Source of the DNA: Candidatus Bathyarchaeota archaeon
Lineage (GTDB): Archaea; Thermoproteota; Bathyarchaeia; Bathyarchaeales; Bathycorpusculaceae
Assembly: GCA_963815095.1 (NCBI GenBank)
Contig: CAWFFH010000003.1
Coordinates: 1,376,001 to 1,440,000 of the forward strand
Reading direction: 5' to 3'
DNA length: 64,000 nucleotides
Position 1 is the first letter of the stretch. Each line of letters begins with the position of its first letter. Below the pieces are notes generated by a model. The model did no database searches and was not told the origin of the DNA. It worked only from the letters and a program-made list of their open reading frames with translations. This document shows, in pieces, positions 39,277 to 50,186 of the stretch. A program made the translations under genes and the position numbers.

Positions 39277-39603
39277 TTACGGTGTACAGTTGTTCGAGTT
39301 CCTCTTTGTTATTAGTTTTTTTGGATTAAATTTAATCCTAAATGCACTGATGAAAGTAGATTGGTGAATTTATGGTTTAATTTTGAAAATCTCCTCAAAT
39401 ATTGCTCATTTTCAATAGACTTATTGCTAGCTTCATTATTGAAATTTCATGGAAAAGAAAATGATAGAATTGCTTTAGTGAACGCACCTTTATGGGTTAA
39501 ACGGTTTCGGCAAAGATTTTTCGCTGATAAATAGCTAATTTTTTTTGGGCTTCTTAAAATATTAATTAGCCAGTTTCAAGTTAGCATTGGTTGTGAAACC
39601 GTT

Positions 39604-40083
39604 ATGGCTGGAAAAGCAGTAATTATCATGGGTTCTGAGCGGGACTTGGATTTCTCCCGTGAAATTGCAAAATACCTTAAACTTTTAGGTGTAAACTATG
39701 AGTTTAGGGTTGCTTCTGCCCATAAGACTCCTGAGAAAGTGCTTGAGGTTATCAAGGAATTCGAGGCAGAAAAAGTCGTTTACGTTACTGTAGCAGGTCG
39801 TTCAAATGCGTTAAGCGCTTTTATCGATGGTAACACCACAAAACCCGTTATCGCTTGTCCACCTTACAGCGAAAAATTCGGAGGCGCAGACATCTACTCT
39901 TCCCTTCGAGTGCCTAGCGGAATAGGCAGCGTTGTAACTATTGAGCCTGAAGGCGCAGCGATTGCGGCAGCAAAAATTTTGGCCCTTGAAGATGCACAAT
40001 TGAATGTTGGTGTGAGAACATATCAAGAAGGTAAACGCAAAGAACTCGACAAAGCCAACGAATCAGTCAAAAAACTAAAATAA
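39604..40083 (+). CDS. purE: AIR carboxylase / N5-CAIR mutase
   Basis: IIMGSERD, VASAHKTP, AGRSNALS, SSLRVPSG. Confidence 0.9.
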   Translation: MAGKAVIIMGSERDLDFSREIAKYLKLLGVNYEFRVASAHKTPEKVLEVIKEFEAEKVVYVTVAGRSNALSAFIDGNTTKPVIACPPYSEKFGGADIYSSLRVPSGIGSVVTIEPEGAAIAAAKILALEDAQLNVGVRTYQEGKRKELDKANESVKKLK

Positions 40084-40097
40084 AAAAAAATTGGTTT

Positions 40098-40721
40098 TTA
40101 GGTTGGCGTATTTGGTACGGTATTAAATGTTGAGCCCTGTATCCAAGAGTCAGGGTTTTTATATCTGACTACGGGTGTTGCGTTTCTTAGTCTGTCTGCT
40201 TCTTTAGTTTCAAAAGCATAAATAATTTCTAAGAGGGTTTCTTTATGTGCTTGTTTTTGCGCAGCGAAGTTTTCGAAGATTTTCTTAAAATTTTTCGTGT
40301 TTATTGCAAATTTTGAGAATTCATCAGATAGTACTCGCATCAATGCGGATTCTGAATAATTTGTGTAGATTGAAGTGAGTTGGTCTTCTAAATTGCTTAG
40401 CTCTCTTAGAGATTCGCAAACTGTTTCATAGTCCACATTGTTGATTTTGCGGATTTTTTTGCAAAAATCGGTGACGCTGGTTGTTAGTTCCGCGAATTCT
40501 TTTTTTGGGTTAACATTTTCTGTTTCTGCTATGTCAAAATAGTCTAGCATTGATTGGATTGTTTTTGCACATTTTAGGCTGTCGAAGGCGAGTCCTGTTA
40601 TGAAGCTGCTTTCGGGTTGGTTGATTTTTTTGGATAGTGTTTCGTAAAGTTTGAAGGTTTGGGTTTCTAGGTTAGCGCAATTCGTTAGGTAGATGGTGCT
40701 TTCTTGTAATTTTCCGTTCAT
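40098..40721 (-). CDS. Hypothetical protein, degenerate ferritin-like helical bundle
   Basis: ANLE..T..LY, DSLKCA, LSNLE..L..IY pattern; metal ligands look degenerate. Confidence 0.55.
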   Translation of the reverse strand: MNGKLQESTIYLTNCANLETQTFKLYETLSKKINQPESSFITGLAFDSLKCAKTIQSMLDYFDIAETENVNPKKEFAELTTSVTDFCKKIRKINNVDYETVCESLRELSNLEDQLTSIYTNYSESALMRVLSDEFSKFAINTKNFKKIFENFAAQKQAHKETLLEIIYAFETKEADRLRNATPVVRYKNPDSWIQGSTFNTVPNTPT

Positions 40722-40811
40722 ATATGGTCATATGAACTTTGTATATGGAATATTAATAAACATTATTAAATTTGGGTTTAACTGCTTACATGTTGGGCAA
40801 GAATACAGAAA

Positions 40812-42161
40812 CTATTTTCTCTTGCGCACATTTACAAGAATAGCCCCAAGCAAAACAGCGATGACTGCCAACAATGCAAAAATGCCAATTTCTACCCAGT
40901 TGAAAGGTTGCGTGGTTCCAGGGCCAGATTGTCCCGTTACAGTTGCTGTAGGGTATTGCGTGGATGTTGTTTCAGTGGGTTTAGTTGTTTGGTTTGGAAT
41001 GGGTGAAGTTGGATTGAGGGTTGGGAATTGTGTATTGGGAGGTGTAGCTTGGGTGTTTGGTGAGGTTAGAAAAGGCGTAAAGGTTACTGTACCAAGATTG
41101 AAGTCGTATTTGCTATCATAAATAGAGTTGCTAATTATTGATTGGTCGATTGTTCCCCAATAATTGTTGGATAGTGTTACCCCTGCAGAACTGGCTTGTA
41201 TATTGTATTGTGAATTGTTTTGAATGTTGTTTCCCGTTATTAGTTGTAAAGAAGTTGGTTTGGAAATTCCCATTATGTTGTTAGTGATTGTGTTGTCTTG
41301 AATTGTTGAGTTGCCATCAGCTTTATCTATAAGAATGCCCCAATAATTGTTGGTTACTAAATTCTTTTCAATAATTGTCATGCCAGTTTGGTATCCGCTA
41401 TGTCGGATGCCTGCGCCGCTACCACCCCAAATTACGTTACCACTGATAGTTCCTGAGTCTCCAGCAATGATAACGTCATTTCCCTGTTGGTTTGTTATGT
41501 TATTGCCTGAAAATAAATAAGTACCAACACCAGCTGCAGTGTATTTCCCGCCTGCAATGTTAATTCCGCCAAGAAAAGTGTTGCCTGTCACTGTCGAAGC
41601 GCCTCTTAACAAAACTGCTCCATCAACGAAGCTTTTGTCAATCGTTGTAAAACCGCCAACCGAAATTTCAGAATTACCCTTCAGCGAGCAGCCGATTAGT
41701 GTTACCGTTGCGTTGCTGATGTAGCTATCGCCATTTATCGAGGTTTGGTTTAATATCGCATTTTCAATATTGCAGGTTGGATATTCATAGCCCAAAAAAA
41801 TGTTATTGGGCGAGTTACTTAGCATATTGTAGTTGTTTGGGGGGCCAGCATAACGATTGTTAGAATTGAAGAAAATTTGATCTGCCGCTGAGCCCTGCGC
41901 ATTCAGGGTTCCGTTTACTTCTAAATAGAATGTGCCAATGTCTACTGTTACTCCTGGTTCAATTGTTAAAGTTGCGCCCTTGGCTATGCCTACAGGTCCA
42001 GTGAATATGTAGGGGCTGTTTGCTTTGGTCCAAGTGGTGTTTTGGGTTATTACGCCGTTTTCAGACGTTGAAGCTCGTACCCTGCCAGGAAATGAGCCCT
42101 CGACGAAAAGTAATCCACAAATCAAGATGGATAACAAGATAACGCCCAGGATTCTCTTCAT
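40812..42161 (-). CDS. Secreted beta-helix surface protein with TM anchor
   Basis: TTWTKANSPY, NNYWGT, PT-rich linker, TM plus RKRK; paralog of 6514..7959. Confidence 0.8.
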   Translation of the reverse strand: MKRILGVILLSILICGLLFVEGSFPGRVRASTSENGVITQNTTWTKANSPYIFTGPVGIAKGATLTIEPGVTVDIGTFYLEVNGTLNAQGSAADQIFFNSNNRYAGPPNNYNMLSNSPNNIFLGYEYPTCNIENAILNQTSINGDSYISNATVTLIGCSLKGNSEISVGGFTTIDKSFVDGAVLLRGASTVTGNTFLGGINIAGGKYTAAGVGTYLFSGNNITNQQGNDVIIAGDSGTISGNVIWGGSGAGIRHSGYQTGMTIIEKNLVTNNYWGILIDKADGNSTIQDNTITNNIMGISKPTSLQLITGNNIQNNSQYNIQASSAGVTLSNNYWGTIDQSIISNSIYDSKYDFNLGTVTFTPFLTSPNTQATPPNTQFPTLNPTSPIPNQTTKPTETTSTQYPTATVTGQSGPGTTQPFNWVEIGIFALLAVIAVLLGAILVNVRKRK

Positions 42162-42307
42162 TGCATAACCCCATTTAGCATGTTAACGAAATAGTTGATT
42201 TAAGGATTTGCGCAAAATGCCCTCGTCAACTGATTTTATTGTTAACTGCGAGATAAAGCGATATAAGCACAAAAACAATAATTACCAAACAATTCGAGGC
42301 AACCAAG

Positions 42308-43366
42308 ATGGGCAGCGTAAAAGATCTACAAATAATCGCGAAACCAACCCAGACAGCTATGGGAACGGGGAGGTTTCTCTTTTCCGACCGCTACAGCGTT
42401 TTTGACTGGGGAGAAATGCCCGACCACATTGATGGCAAAGGTGCCGCTTTGTGCCTTATGGGCGCTTACTGTTTCGAGCAACTTGAAAAGATAGGTGTTA
42501 AAACTCACTACAAAGGGTTGGTTAACGAAAAGGGAAAAGCGGTCAAAGTTGCTGAACTCAAACAGCCCTCCTGCATTATGGAAGTCGCTTTAGTTAACGT
42601 TTACAAACCCAAAACAAGCGTGGCGGGTGGTAAGATAGTTCACGATTACAGCATGTACACTTCTAAACTTAAAAACTGCCTTATTCCACTTGAAGTGATC
42701 TACCGGAATGGGTTGCCCGACGGTTCATCAGTTTTCAAACGATTGGCACAGGGAAAAGTAACACTAAAAGACCTCGGATTAGACCACCACCCCAAACCAG
42801 GCGAAACTCTAGCTAATCCAATCTTTGATGTCAGCACAAAGTTGGAAGAAACCGACCGTTACGTTACATGGAATGAAGCCCAGAAAATCGCTGGCTTAAC
42901 CAACAAAGAATTAGCTGACGTTAAAGCGGTTTTGCTAAAAGTGGATGAAACTATAACCAAAGCTGCCTCAAATGCAACCTTGAAGAATGAAGACGGCAAA
43001 ATCGAATTAGCTTTTGATGACAAAAGAAAACTAATGCTTGTTGATGTTTTAGGCACGTTGGATGAGTGCCGCTTCACTTACGATGGCGTGCATGTGAGCA
43101 AGGAAGTTGCCCGGCAATTCTACAAAAATACCAGTTGGTATGGAGATTTGGAGCAAGCCAAAAAAGATGCTGAAGCAAAAGGAATCCAAGATTGGAAAGC
43201 GCTCTGCAAATCACAACCGCCAAAACTTGACCCCAAACTTAAAACAATCATAAGCCAAATGTACATGGCAGTGGCAAACGAGATGACAGGGCATAAACTG
43301 TTTGTTTCTCCGAAGCTTGCCAAGGTAATTGATGATTACAAAGCCTACATGAGTGAAAGAATATGA
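42308..43366 (+). CDS. purC: SAICAR synthetase
   Basis: MGSVKD, FSDRYSVFDWG, STKLEETDRY, DGKIE, GTLDECRF. Confidence 0.9.
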   Translation: MGSVKDLQIIAKPTQTAMGTGRFLFSDRYSVFDWGEMPDHIDGKGAALCLMGAYCFEQLEKIGVKTHYKGLVNEKGKAVKVAELKQPSCIMEVALVNVYKPKTSVAGGKIVHDYSMYTSKLKNCLIPLEVIYRNGLPDGSSVFKRLAQGKVTLKDLGLDHHPKPGETLANPIFDVSTKLEETDRYVTWNEAQKIAGLTNKELADVKAVLLKVDETITKAASNATLKNEDGKIELAFDDKRKLMLVDVLGTLDECRFTYDGVHVSKEVARQFYKNTSWYGDLEQAKKDAEAKGIQDWKALCKSQPPKLDPKLKTIISQMYMAVANEMTGHKLFVSPKLAKVIDDYKAYMSERI

Positions 43367-44463
43367 TGATGAAAGATAAAATAAAAGACACAATCGCCAA
43401 TTACGACCAAAAGAAAATTCGCATCGGCGTCTTAGGTTCACATTCCGCATTGGAAATTGCTTCAGGTGCTAAACAGGAGGGCTTCGAAACAGTCGTTGTC
43501 TGCCAAAACGGCAGAGAAAAAACCTACGCACGCTACTACCGAAACATCTTTGACAAATTCATATTACTCAACAAATTCTCAGACATCACCAACCCAGAAA
43601 CCGTTAAGGAACTAACCGACCTAAACACCGTTTTCGTTCCCAACCGCTCATTCAGCGTTTACGCAGGCTACGACGCGATCGAACAAAAATTCGCCGTTCC
43701 CCTTATGGGCAACAGGTACCTGCTAAAAACCGAGGAACGCAACGCCCCCAAAAATCAGCTTTGGCTCCTCAAAGAAGCAGGCATAAAAATTCCCAAAGCC
43801 TTCAAATCTCCCAAAGATATCGATTGTCCTGTTATTGTGAAAGTGCCTGAGAAGGGCAGAACGATTGAGCGTGCGTTCTTCTATGCTTCAACGCCCGAAG
43901 AGTATGAGCGGGAAGCTGAAAAACGCATAAAATCAGGCATCATCACTCGAGAGGCGCTCAACCAATCCGTAATCGAAGAGTACGTGATTGGCGCGAAGTT
44001 TAACGCTAACTATTTCTGGTCACCTTTAACCGACGAGATAGACCTTCTCGGCTTTGACCGAAGAATTCAAACAGACCTCGACGGCGTCCTCGACCTCCCA
44101 GCAAAAGAACAATTAGAACTCAACATTGCAACCCAGAACATCGAAATCGGCCACATGGGCGTAACCATGCGTGAGAGCCAGCTCGAAAAAATCTTCGAGG
44201 CTGCAGAAAAGTGGGTGCAAATATGCAAAAAAGAGTTCCCGCCAGGCATGATTGGACTCTTTGCACTCCAAGGCGCAGTAACCAAAGACTTAGAATTCCG
44301 CGTTTTCGACGTTAGCCCACGTGTTCCAGGCTGCCCCTGCGTAGAACCGACCTCGCCTTACATGAAGTACAAGTATGACGTTGAGGTGGGTCCAGGCAAA
44401 CGGGTTGCTATGGAAATAAAACGAGCGCTTAGGAAGCATAGGCTTGCTGAAGTGGTAACATGA
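43363..44463 (+). CDS. PurP-like ATP-grasp paralog
   Basis: GSHSALEI, GAKQEGF, PNRSF, RESQLE, VSPRVPG; lacks the GAKGGRG loop. Confidence 0.85.
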   Translation: MMMKDKIKDTIANYDQKKIRIGVLGSHSALEIASGAKQEGFETVVVCQNGREKTYARYYRNIFDKFILLNKFSDITNPETVKELTDLNTVFVPNRSFSVYAGYDAIEQKFAVPLMGNRYLLKTEERNAPKNQLWLLKEAGIKIPKAFKSPKDIDCPVIVKVPEKGRTIERAFFYASTPEEYEREAEKRIKSGIITREALNQSVIEEYVIGAKFNANYFWSPLTDEIDLLGFDRRIQTDLDGVLDLPAKEQLELNIATQNIEIGHMGVTMRESQLEKIFEAAEKWVQICKKEFPPGMIGLFALQGAVTKDLEFRVFDVSPRVPGCPCVEPTSPYMKYKYDVEVGPGKRVAMEIKRALRKHRLAEVVT

Positions 44464-45545
44464 TAGATAGCAAAGCCGTCGGAAAAATAATTGAAAAATA
44501 CGATCAGAAGAAAATCGCAATCGGCACTTTGGGTTCTCATAGTTCGCTCAACATTTTCAAGGGCGCCAAAGAGGAAGGCTTCAGAACAGTTTGCATCTGC
44601 AAAGAAAAAGATGCCATAATGTACCAGAAGTTCCCGCTGGTTGACGAGTTAATTATCGTTAAAGATTTCACCGAACTCCTCGGTGAGAAAATGCAGGAAC
44701 GGCTGCGTGAATTGAACGTGGTTTTGATTCCGCATGGTTCATTTACAGCTTATTTGAGCACTGAACAATTAACCGACAGCCTTTTCGTGCCAATGTTCGG
44801 CAACCGTCAACTCTTGCATTGGGAAGCCAACCGCAAATCCCAGGAAGAATGGCTCCGCCAAGCTGGGCTACGACTGCCAGCAACCTTCAAAACCCCTGAA
44901 GACATTGACCGCTTAATAATCGCAAAACTGCAAGGTGCAAAGGGCGGCAGAGGTTACTTCCTTGCCAACTCACCCAAGAATTTCCACAAACAATTCAACG
45001 AAATGGTCAAACGTGGCATGCTAACACAAGACGATTTGCCAAGCATCCACCTGCAAGAGTACGCACTGGGCGTGAACGTTTACCCCAGCTACTTTAGCTC
45101 CATCATAAACGACGACGTCGAAATGCTCTGTGTGGACCGACGATACGAATCCGCAGTAGACTCAATAGGCAAAATCCCCGCTTGCCAACAACTGGAAATC
45201 GACATAAACCCCACCTACACCGTAATCGGAAACTTCCCCATCGTGCTCAGAGAATCTCTTTTGCCCGAAATCATGCGCATGGGCGAAAACGTCCACAAAA
45301 AAGCCCGCGAACTCGCCCCGCCCGGAATCATTGGACCCTTCTGCCTCGAAACTGTCATAACTGATGAAGCGAAAATCTACACCTTCGAAATCAGCGCACG
45401 CATAGTCGCTGGAACCAACGTCGGCATCGGCACATCACCATACGCTTACCTGAAGTACGGTGAAAACATGTACATGGGCAGACGCATAGCGATGGAATTC
45501 AAAGAAGCCATCAAACAGAAACGGCTACAAGATATCGTAGCCTAA
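44460..45545 (+). CDS. purP: FAICAR synthetase (formate--phosphoribosylaminoimidazolecarboxamide ligase)
   Basis: GSHSSL, PHGSF, GAKGGRGYF, DRRYES, EISARIVAGTN. Confidence 0.9.
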   Translation: MIDSKAVGKIIEKYDQKKIAIGTLGSHSSLNIFKGAKEEGFRTVCICKEKDAIMYQKFPLVDELIIVKDFTELLGEKMQERLRELNVVLIPHGSFTAYLSTEQLTDSLFVPMFGNRQLLHWEANRKSQEEWLRQAGLRLPATFKTPEDIDRLIIAKLQGAKGGRGYFLANSPKNFHKQFNEMVKRGMLTQDDLPSIHLQEYALGVNVYPSYFSSIINDDVEMLCVDRRYESAVDSIGKIPACQQLEIDINPTYTVIGNFPIVLRESLLPEIMRMGENVHKKARELAPPGIIGPFCLETVITDEAKIYTFEISARIVAGTNVGIGTSPYAYLKYGENMYMGRRIAMEFKEAIKQKRLQDIVA

Positions 45546-46309
45546 AACTTTGGAAGGCATAGTTCAAGCAATCCTTCAAAGTTTTCCCTATTTTCGTTCT
45601 GCTTAAAATTTCTCAAAGCTGAAATTAAAATTGATTTTTCCTTGATGCCGAACACTTCGCTTAGCATCTTTGCTGCCCTGCTGTTTCCCATAAAAAGAAA
45701 CTGACACACCGACGTAACGTTAATCACTCTGCGAACTATGCTTGCGGTTTCAAAATCCACAATGAAAGATTTGTTCTCCTTATCCACGAGCAGGTGCTTT
45801 GTTGCCTTGCTTATCTCTCCATGGTCCAAGCTTGCTTCGTCCAGGCGCCAGCATTGCTCCAGTATGTCAATCAAAACTCTGCGAATGAGTTCTTTTTCTC
45901 TTTGGGGTTCAAGCCAATCTTCAAGCAAATCCCCGTCAATAAGCTGGGAAAGCATAAAATTGTTGCTTATCGCGATGAACTTGGGACCGACACCGATTGC
46001 GTTGGCTTTCTGGAGCATTTCAGCTTCATGGCTAAAATCTGTTCGGTCGGCATCTATTCTACGCATTTTCAACGCTGCTTTTTGACCTTTCAGATACGCC
46101 ACTACCACAACACCAACGTAGCCTTTGCCCAATACAGGAATGTTAGAAGCGTTTGTTTTTCCACTGAACTCAAGCGCTTCAACGCCAAGCTGTTGCAGTT
46201 CCTCTATTCGCCTCTGTATCTCAGCAGGGTTAGTTCTGGGATAACAAACCACTGACGCGTAAGGTTCAACGTCAAGGTTCTCCACAAGCACTATTGCGGT
46301 CGGCTTCAC
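45542..46309 (-). CDS. Atypical (RIO/Bud32-like) Ser/Thr protein kinase
   Basis: LGKGYVGVV, ALKMRR, LDHGEIS, IVDFE. Confidence 0.82.
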   Translation of the reverse strand: MKPTAIVLVENLDVEPYASVVCYPRTNPAEIQRRIEELQQLGVEALEFSGKTNASNIPVLGKGYVGVVVVAYLKGQKAALKMRRIDADRTDFSHEAEMLQKANAIGVGPKFIAISNNFMLSQLIDGDLLEDWLEPQREKELIRRVLIDILEQCWRLDEASLDHGEISKATKHLLVDKENKSFIVDFETASIVRRVINVTSVCQFLFMGNSRAAKMLSEVFGIKEKSILISALRNFKQNENRENFEGLLELCLPKF

Positions 46310-46411
46310 TGCAAATCCTTCTATTGGCTATTGCAACGACGTTAGTTAATTAAAGCTTAAGTGCCGTTTTTGTAAAGTAATTGGACAGCGTGGACTAGCA
46401 AGAACGGAGGA

Positions 46412-48013
46412 GTGCGACTGAGGTTACCTTTATGGTTGCAGTTTCGTCTTAACAAGTGGCAACTAGCCGTTTTAGTTTTTGCGTTGGCTTACGCTTTTCT
46501 GATTACCTTAAACTTAAGCTCTATTCCGATGCAGTGGGATGAAGTTACCCATTTCAATGGTGCCCTCCAATTAGTCAGAGGCCAAATTTGGCAATACATC
46601 ACCACGAACTCGTTCTATCCGCCATTATACAATCTGGTGATGGCTGCCTACTTTGCTCTGGCAGGAGCCAGCGTTCTAACAGGACGGCTTGTAACGGTAA
46701 CGTTTTCGGTCCTTTCCATATTTATCGTCTACAAAATTGCTAAAGAAATGTATAATGAAAAAACCGCGTTGGTTTCTGCTGTGTTGTTTGCGGTTATGCC
46801 TGGAATCGTTTGGCTTTCCAATATCGCTATGATTGAAATCATGTTACTTTTCATGTTTTGTCTGTCTATGCTGTTCTTCTTTAGGTGGCTGCGAACTAAC
46901 CGAGATCGAGACTTAACATTGAGCGTTGCTGCACTTCTTGTTGGAATAACGGTGAAGTATCAAATTCTTGTTGTTGTACCCGTAGTTATGGTTGTAAGTG
47001 TTCTTGTTTTTGGTAAAGGCACCTTCCTGAAAACTCAAGCTGAGAGGTTTTTGCACTCTAAAAGGATATGGCTGGGCGTTTTGTTATTGGTCGTTGCTGC
47101 GGTTTTGCTCTATGTGTTCTTCGTTTCAGGCCTGCTGAATGAATGGTTATACGCTATGCAAGTCGGAAACGTTGGTCAATCTTGGTACAGTAACCGTTTT
47201 CCTGCTCCAATTTTTTACTTACTTGAAATGGTGTGGCCTTACAATAATGTGCATCCTATGTCGCTGTTGCTCTATGGTTTGGGGCTGACGGGTTTAGGCT
47301 TTTTTGCGTGGAGACGAAAACCGCAGGACAAGTTTTTGCTTGTTTGGTTCATAGTTATCTTCTTTGTTTTCACTCTGATTCCAAATAGGCAATGGCGTTA
47401 CGTGACGCCTCTGTTTCCTGTGTTGGCGATTTCTGCTGCAGCCCTCTTAGTCTCAGCCTTAGGATATGCCCAGAAAATCTGGCAAGCAGCAACGACCACT
47501 CTAAACAAAAAGCGACTTGCAAAGATCTCAGCGGCGCTCCTGATAATTTTCACTGCTACAGGGCTCTTCTACAGTTGCATGGATGCTTACACTTGGGTGT
47601 CAGGAAATAATCAAGCCCATGTTCCCATCGAGCAGGCAGCAACATACGTGGCTAGTAAATCTAACACAAACCAGTCGGTGATAGTTTTGTGTCCTTATAA
47701 CTTCTTCAACAAAGACATGGTTTGGTTTTATCTAAATAGCAACAGCCCCAGTCTAACACCAGTGTTCCAGTACCCGACGTTAGCCGTCGATGCATACACT
47801 CCTGAATTCAATATAACCGAATTTGTGAATTATTGCCAGACAAACAACACAGGCTACGTTATGCTCTACGAGTACGGGGGAACCATATCATATTACAACA
47901 GCAACTTAACTGAACAAGCCGTCTATGGTATGTTAAACAACACAGAAAGATTTACCCTGCAATCAACTTTTGGCGTAGCCCCTCAACGAATCTTCGTTAT
48001 GTCCTTCAAATAA
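46412..48013 (+). CDS. GT-C glycosyltransferase (GT39/ArnT-like)
   Basis: WDEVTH, YPPLY, GRL, multiple TMs, KY, RY motifs. Confidence 0.85.
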   Translation: MRLRLPLWLQFRLNKWQLAVLVFALAYAFLITLNLSSIPMQWDEVTHFNGALQLVRGQIWQYITTNSFYPPLYNLVMAAYFALAGASVLTGRLVTVTFSVLSIFIVYKIAKEMYNEKTALVSAVLFAVMPGIVWLSNIAMIEIMLLFMFCLSMLFFFRWLRTNRDRDLTLSVAALLVGITVKYQILVVVPVVMVVSVLVFGKGTFLKTQAERFLHSKRIWLGVLLLVVAAVLLYVFFVSGLLNEWLYAMQVGNVGQSWYSNRFPAPIFYLLEMVWPYNNVHPMSLLLYGLGLTGLGFFAWRRKPQDKFLLVWFIVIFFVFTLIPNRQWRYVTPLFPVLAISAAALLVSALGYAQKIWQAATTTLNKKRLAKISAALLIIFTATGLFYSCMDAYTWVSGNNQAHVPIEQAATYVASKSNTNQSVIVLCPYNFFNKDMVWFYLNSNSPSLTPVFQYPTLAVDAYTPEFNITEFVNYCQTNNTGYVMLYEYGGTISYYNSNLTEQAVYGMLNNTERFTLQSTFGVAPQRIFVMSFK

Positions 48014-48060
48014 AATAAAAAGATAATATGCACAGTAGAGTTATCATAGCGGGTTAAGAA

Positions 48061-50181
48061 ATGCCGCGGTTTAAGCAAATCCTTGAAATTCAACAGTTAA
48101 TGGGCAGAAAAGAACTTATCAGAAACATAGGTATTATTGCGCACATAGACCACGGCAAAACCACCCTCGCAGACTCGCTTTTGGCTGGGGCAGGTTTGCT
48201 GTCGACTCAAATGGCAGGCATGGCGAGGGTACTTGATTATCTTGATGAAGAGCAGAAACGCAAAATCACCATAAAAACAGCCAACATTAGCCTACTCTAC
48301 AAAACTGCAGGCACCCCATATATCATAAACCTCGTTGACACGCCGGGGCATGTGGATTTCACTGGCAAAGTCACAAGAGCCTTACGAGTTATTGACGGTG
48401 CTGTAGTTGTGGTTGATGCCGTAGAAGAAATTATGGCACAAACCGAAATCGTCACAAGACAAGCCCTCGAAGAACGAGTGCGCCCCGTATTATTCATCAA
48501 CAAAGTCGACAAATTAATGGTTGAACTGCAATTAAACGAGGAGCAAATCCAAAAGAAACTCGACCAAATAATCAGCCGATTCAACGATCTAATCGAAACC
48601 TACGCGGAACCACAATTCAAGAACCAATGGAAAATCAGCACTTCAATGGGCAATGTGGCTTTTGGTTCAGCTTTGCACGGTTGGGGTTTTACAATGAAAA
48701 TGGCAAAGCGGCAGAACATAAAGTTTTCAGACCTAATCAAAGCCAACGAAAACAATCAAGAAACGAAACTAAAATCAACCTTACCCGTTTACGAAGCAGT
48801 TTTTGAAATGGCAATCGCTGTAATTCCGAGTCCACCAGAAGCGCAAGCATACCGCATTGAGAAGGTTTGGGATGGACATATCGATTCCAAACTAGGCAAG
48901 GCATTGGTTGAATGCCGCGATGATGCGCCAACCATCATGTATGTAACAAATGTACATTCTGATCCTAACGGTGACACCTTGGCAACAGGGCGAGTTTTTT
49001 CTGGCAAAGCCAAGAAGGGTGACAAATTACATCTGGTAGATGCACTAACTGAAACCGAGGTTAGAGAAGTCTCCATCGACATGGGTTCGCTGCGGGAAGA
49101 AGTGAGCGAAGTTTCAGCTGGCAGTTTAGCCTCTTTTACTTTGACTGGACATGTTAAGGCTGGTGAAACCCTCGTTGATATAGCACACAAAGTCGAAATG
49201 GTGCCTTTCGAGGGAATATGCTACGTTTCAGAGCCAGTTGTAACTTTGGCAGTTGAACCCAAAAACCCCCAAGACATTCCATTATTGCTTGATGCACTTG
49301 AAAAACTTGCGGCGGAAGACCCAAACCTCAAAGTAATTGCGGATAAGCAAACTGGCGAGTATCTGCTTAGTGGCATGGGCGAATTGCACTTAGAAATAGC
49401 TATGCACCAACTGAAAAAAGACGGGATTAACGTCACTGTATCTTCGCCAAGAGTTGTTTACATCGAAAGCGTTCAGAAGAAAGGTGTTGTTGCTTTGGCA
49501 AAAAGCCCCAACAAACAGAATAGTTTCTGGGTACAGGTTATGCCTGAAACAGAAGAAAATGAACATCCTGCGGACGTAGACTCTGGCAATGTTCTATCTG
49601 TGGATGAGCATCGAAATGTGCTTTTAGATTGTTGCGGAAAAACGGAAGCAGTTTCGGAGAACGTTTTGGAAGCAATCATTGCAGGGTTTGAGTACGCTTG
49701 CAGAGCGGGTCCCTTATGCGGGGAACCTGTCAGGCGTTTAAAGGTGAACTTGACCGATTTACAAATTTGCGAAGGCGAAGATGAGGGTTCAGAAATCATG
49801 CGTGGCGTCGGCAAAGCAATTTTTGGCAGCTTCCTAACTGCTGACCCAGTCCTGCTTGAACCCATCTACAAAATCATCATATCCGTGGCAACAGAACTAT
49901 CTGGCGAATGCCAAAGAATGCTCAGCATGAGACGCGGAAAAGTAACTTTATTCGAGCAAAAAGGTCTTTTAAACATAATCACCGGTTACATCCCTGTCTC
50001 TGAAACTTTTGGCTTCTCACAAGAACTTCGCTCAGCAACTTCAGGACGGGCGTTTTGGCAATCATATTTTGACCACTGGGAAAAGATGCCACCAAAACTT
50101 TCTTTGCAAGTAACCACTGATTTGCGGCAGCGAAAAGGTCTAGTGCCAGAAATGCCTAAACCCGAGAAATTTATGGAGTAG
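48061..50181 (+). CDS. Elongation factor 2 paralog (aEF-2p-like)
   Basis: AHIDHGKTT, DTPGHVDF, NKVD, SGMGELHLE, LRSATSGRA; the diphthamide loop is replaced by acidic ICEGEDEGSE. Confidence 0.85.
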   Translation: MPRFKQILEIQQLMGRKELIRNIGIIAHIDHGKTTLADSLLAGAGLLSTQMAGMARVLDYLDEEQKRKITIKTANISLLYKTAGTPYIINLVDTPGHVDFTGKVTRALRVIDGAVVVVDAVEEIMAQTEIVTRQALEERVRPVLFINKVDKLMVELQLNEEQIQKKLDQIISRFNDLIETYAEPQFKNQWKISTSMGNVAFGSALHGWGFTMKMAKRQNIKFSDLIKANENNQETKLKSTLPVYEAVFEMAIAVIPSPPEAQAYRIEKVWDGHIDSKLGKALVECRDDAPTIMYVTNVHSDPNGDTLATGRVFSGKAKKGDKLHLVDALTETEVREVSIDMGSLREEVSEVSAGSLASFTLTGHVKAGETLVDIAHKVEMVPFEGICYVSEPVVTLAVEPKNPQDIPLLLDALEKLAAEDPNLKVIADKQTGEYLLSGMGELHLEIAMHQLKKDGINVTVSSPRVVYIESVQKKGVVALAKSPNKQNSFWVQVMPETEENEHPADVDSGNVLSVDEHRNVLLDCCGKTEAVSENVLEAIIAGFEYACRAGPLCGEPVRRLKVNLTDLQICEGEDEGSEIMRGVGKAIFGSFLTADPVLLEPIYKIIISVATELSGECQRMLSMRRGKVTLFEQKGLLNIITGYIPVSETFGFSQELRSATSGRAFWQSYFDHWEKMPPKLSLQVTTDLRQRKGLVPEMPKPEKFME

Positions 50182-50186
50182 TCTTC

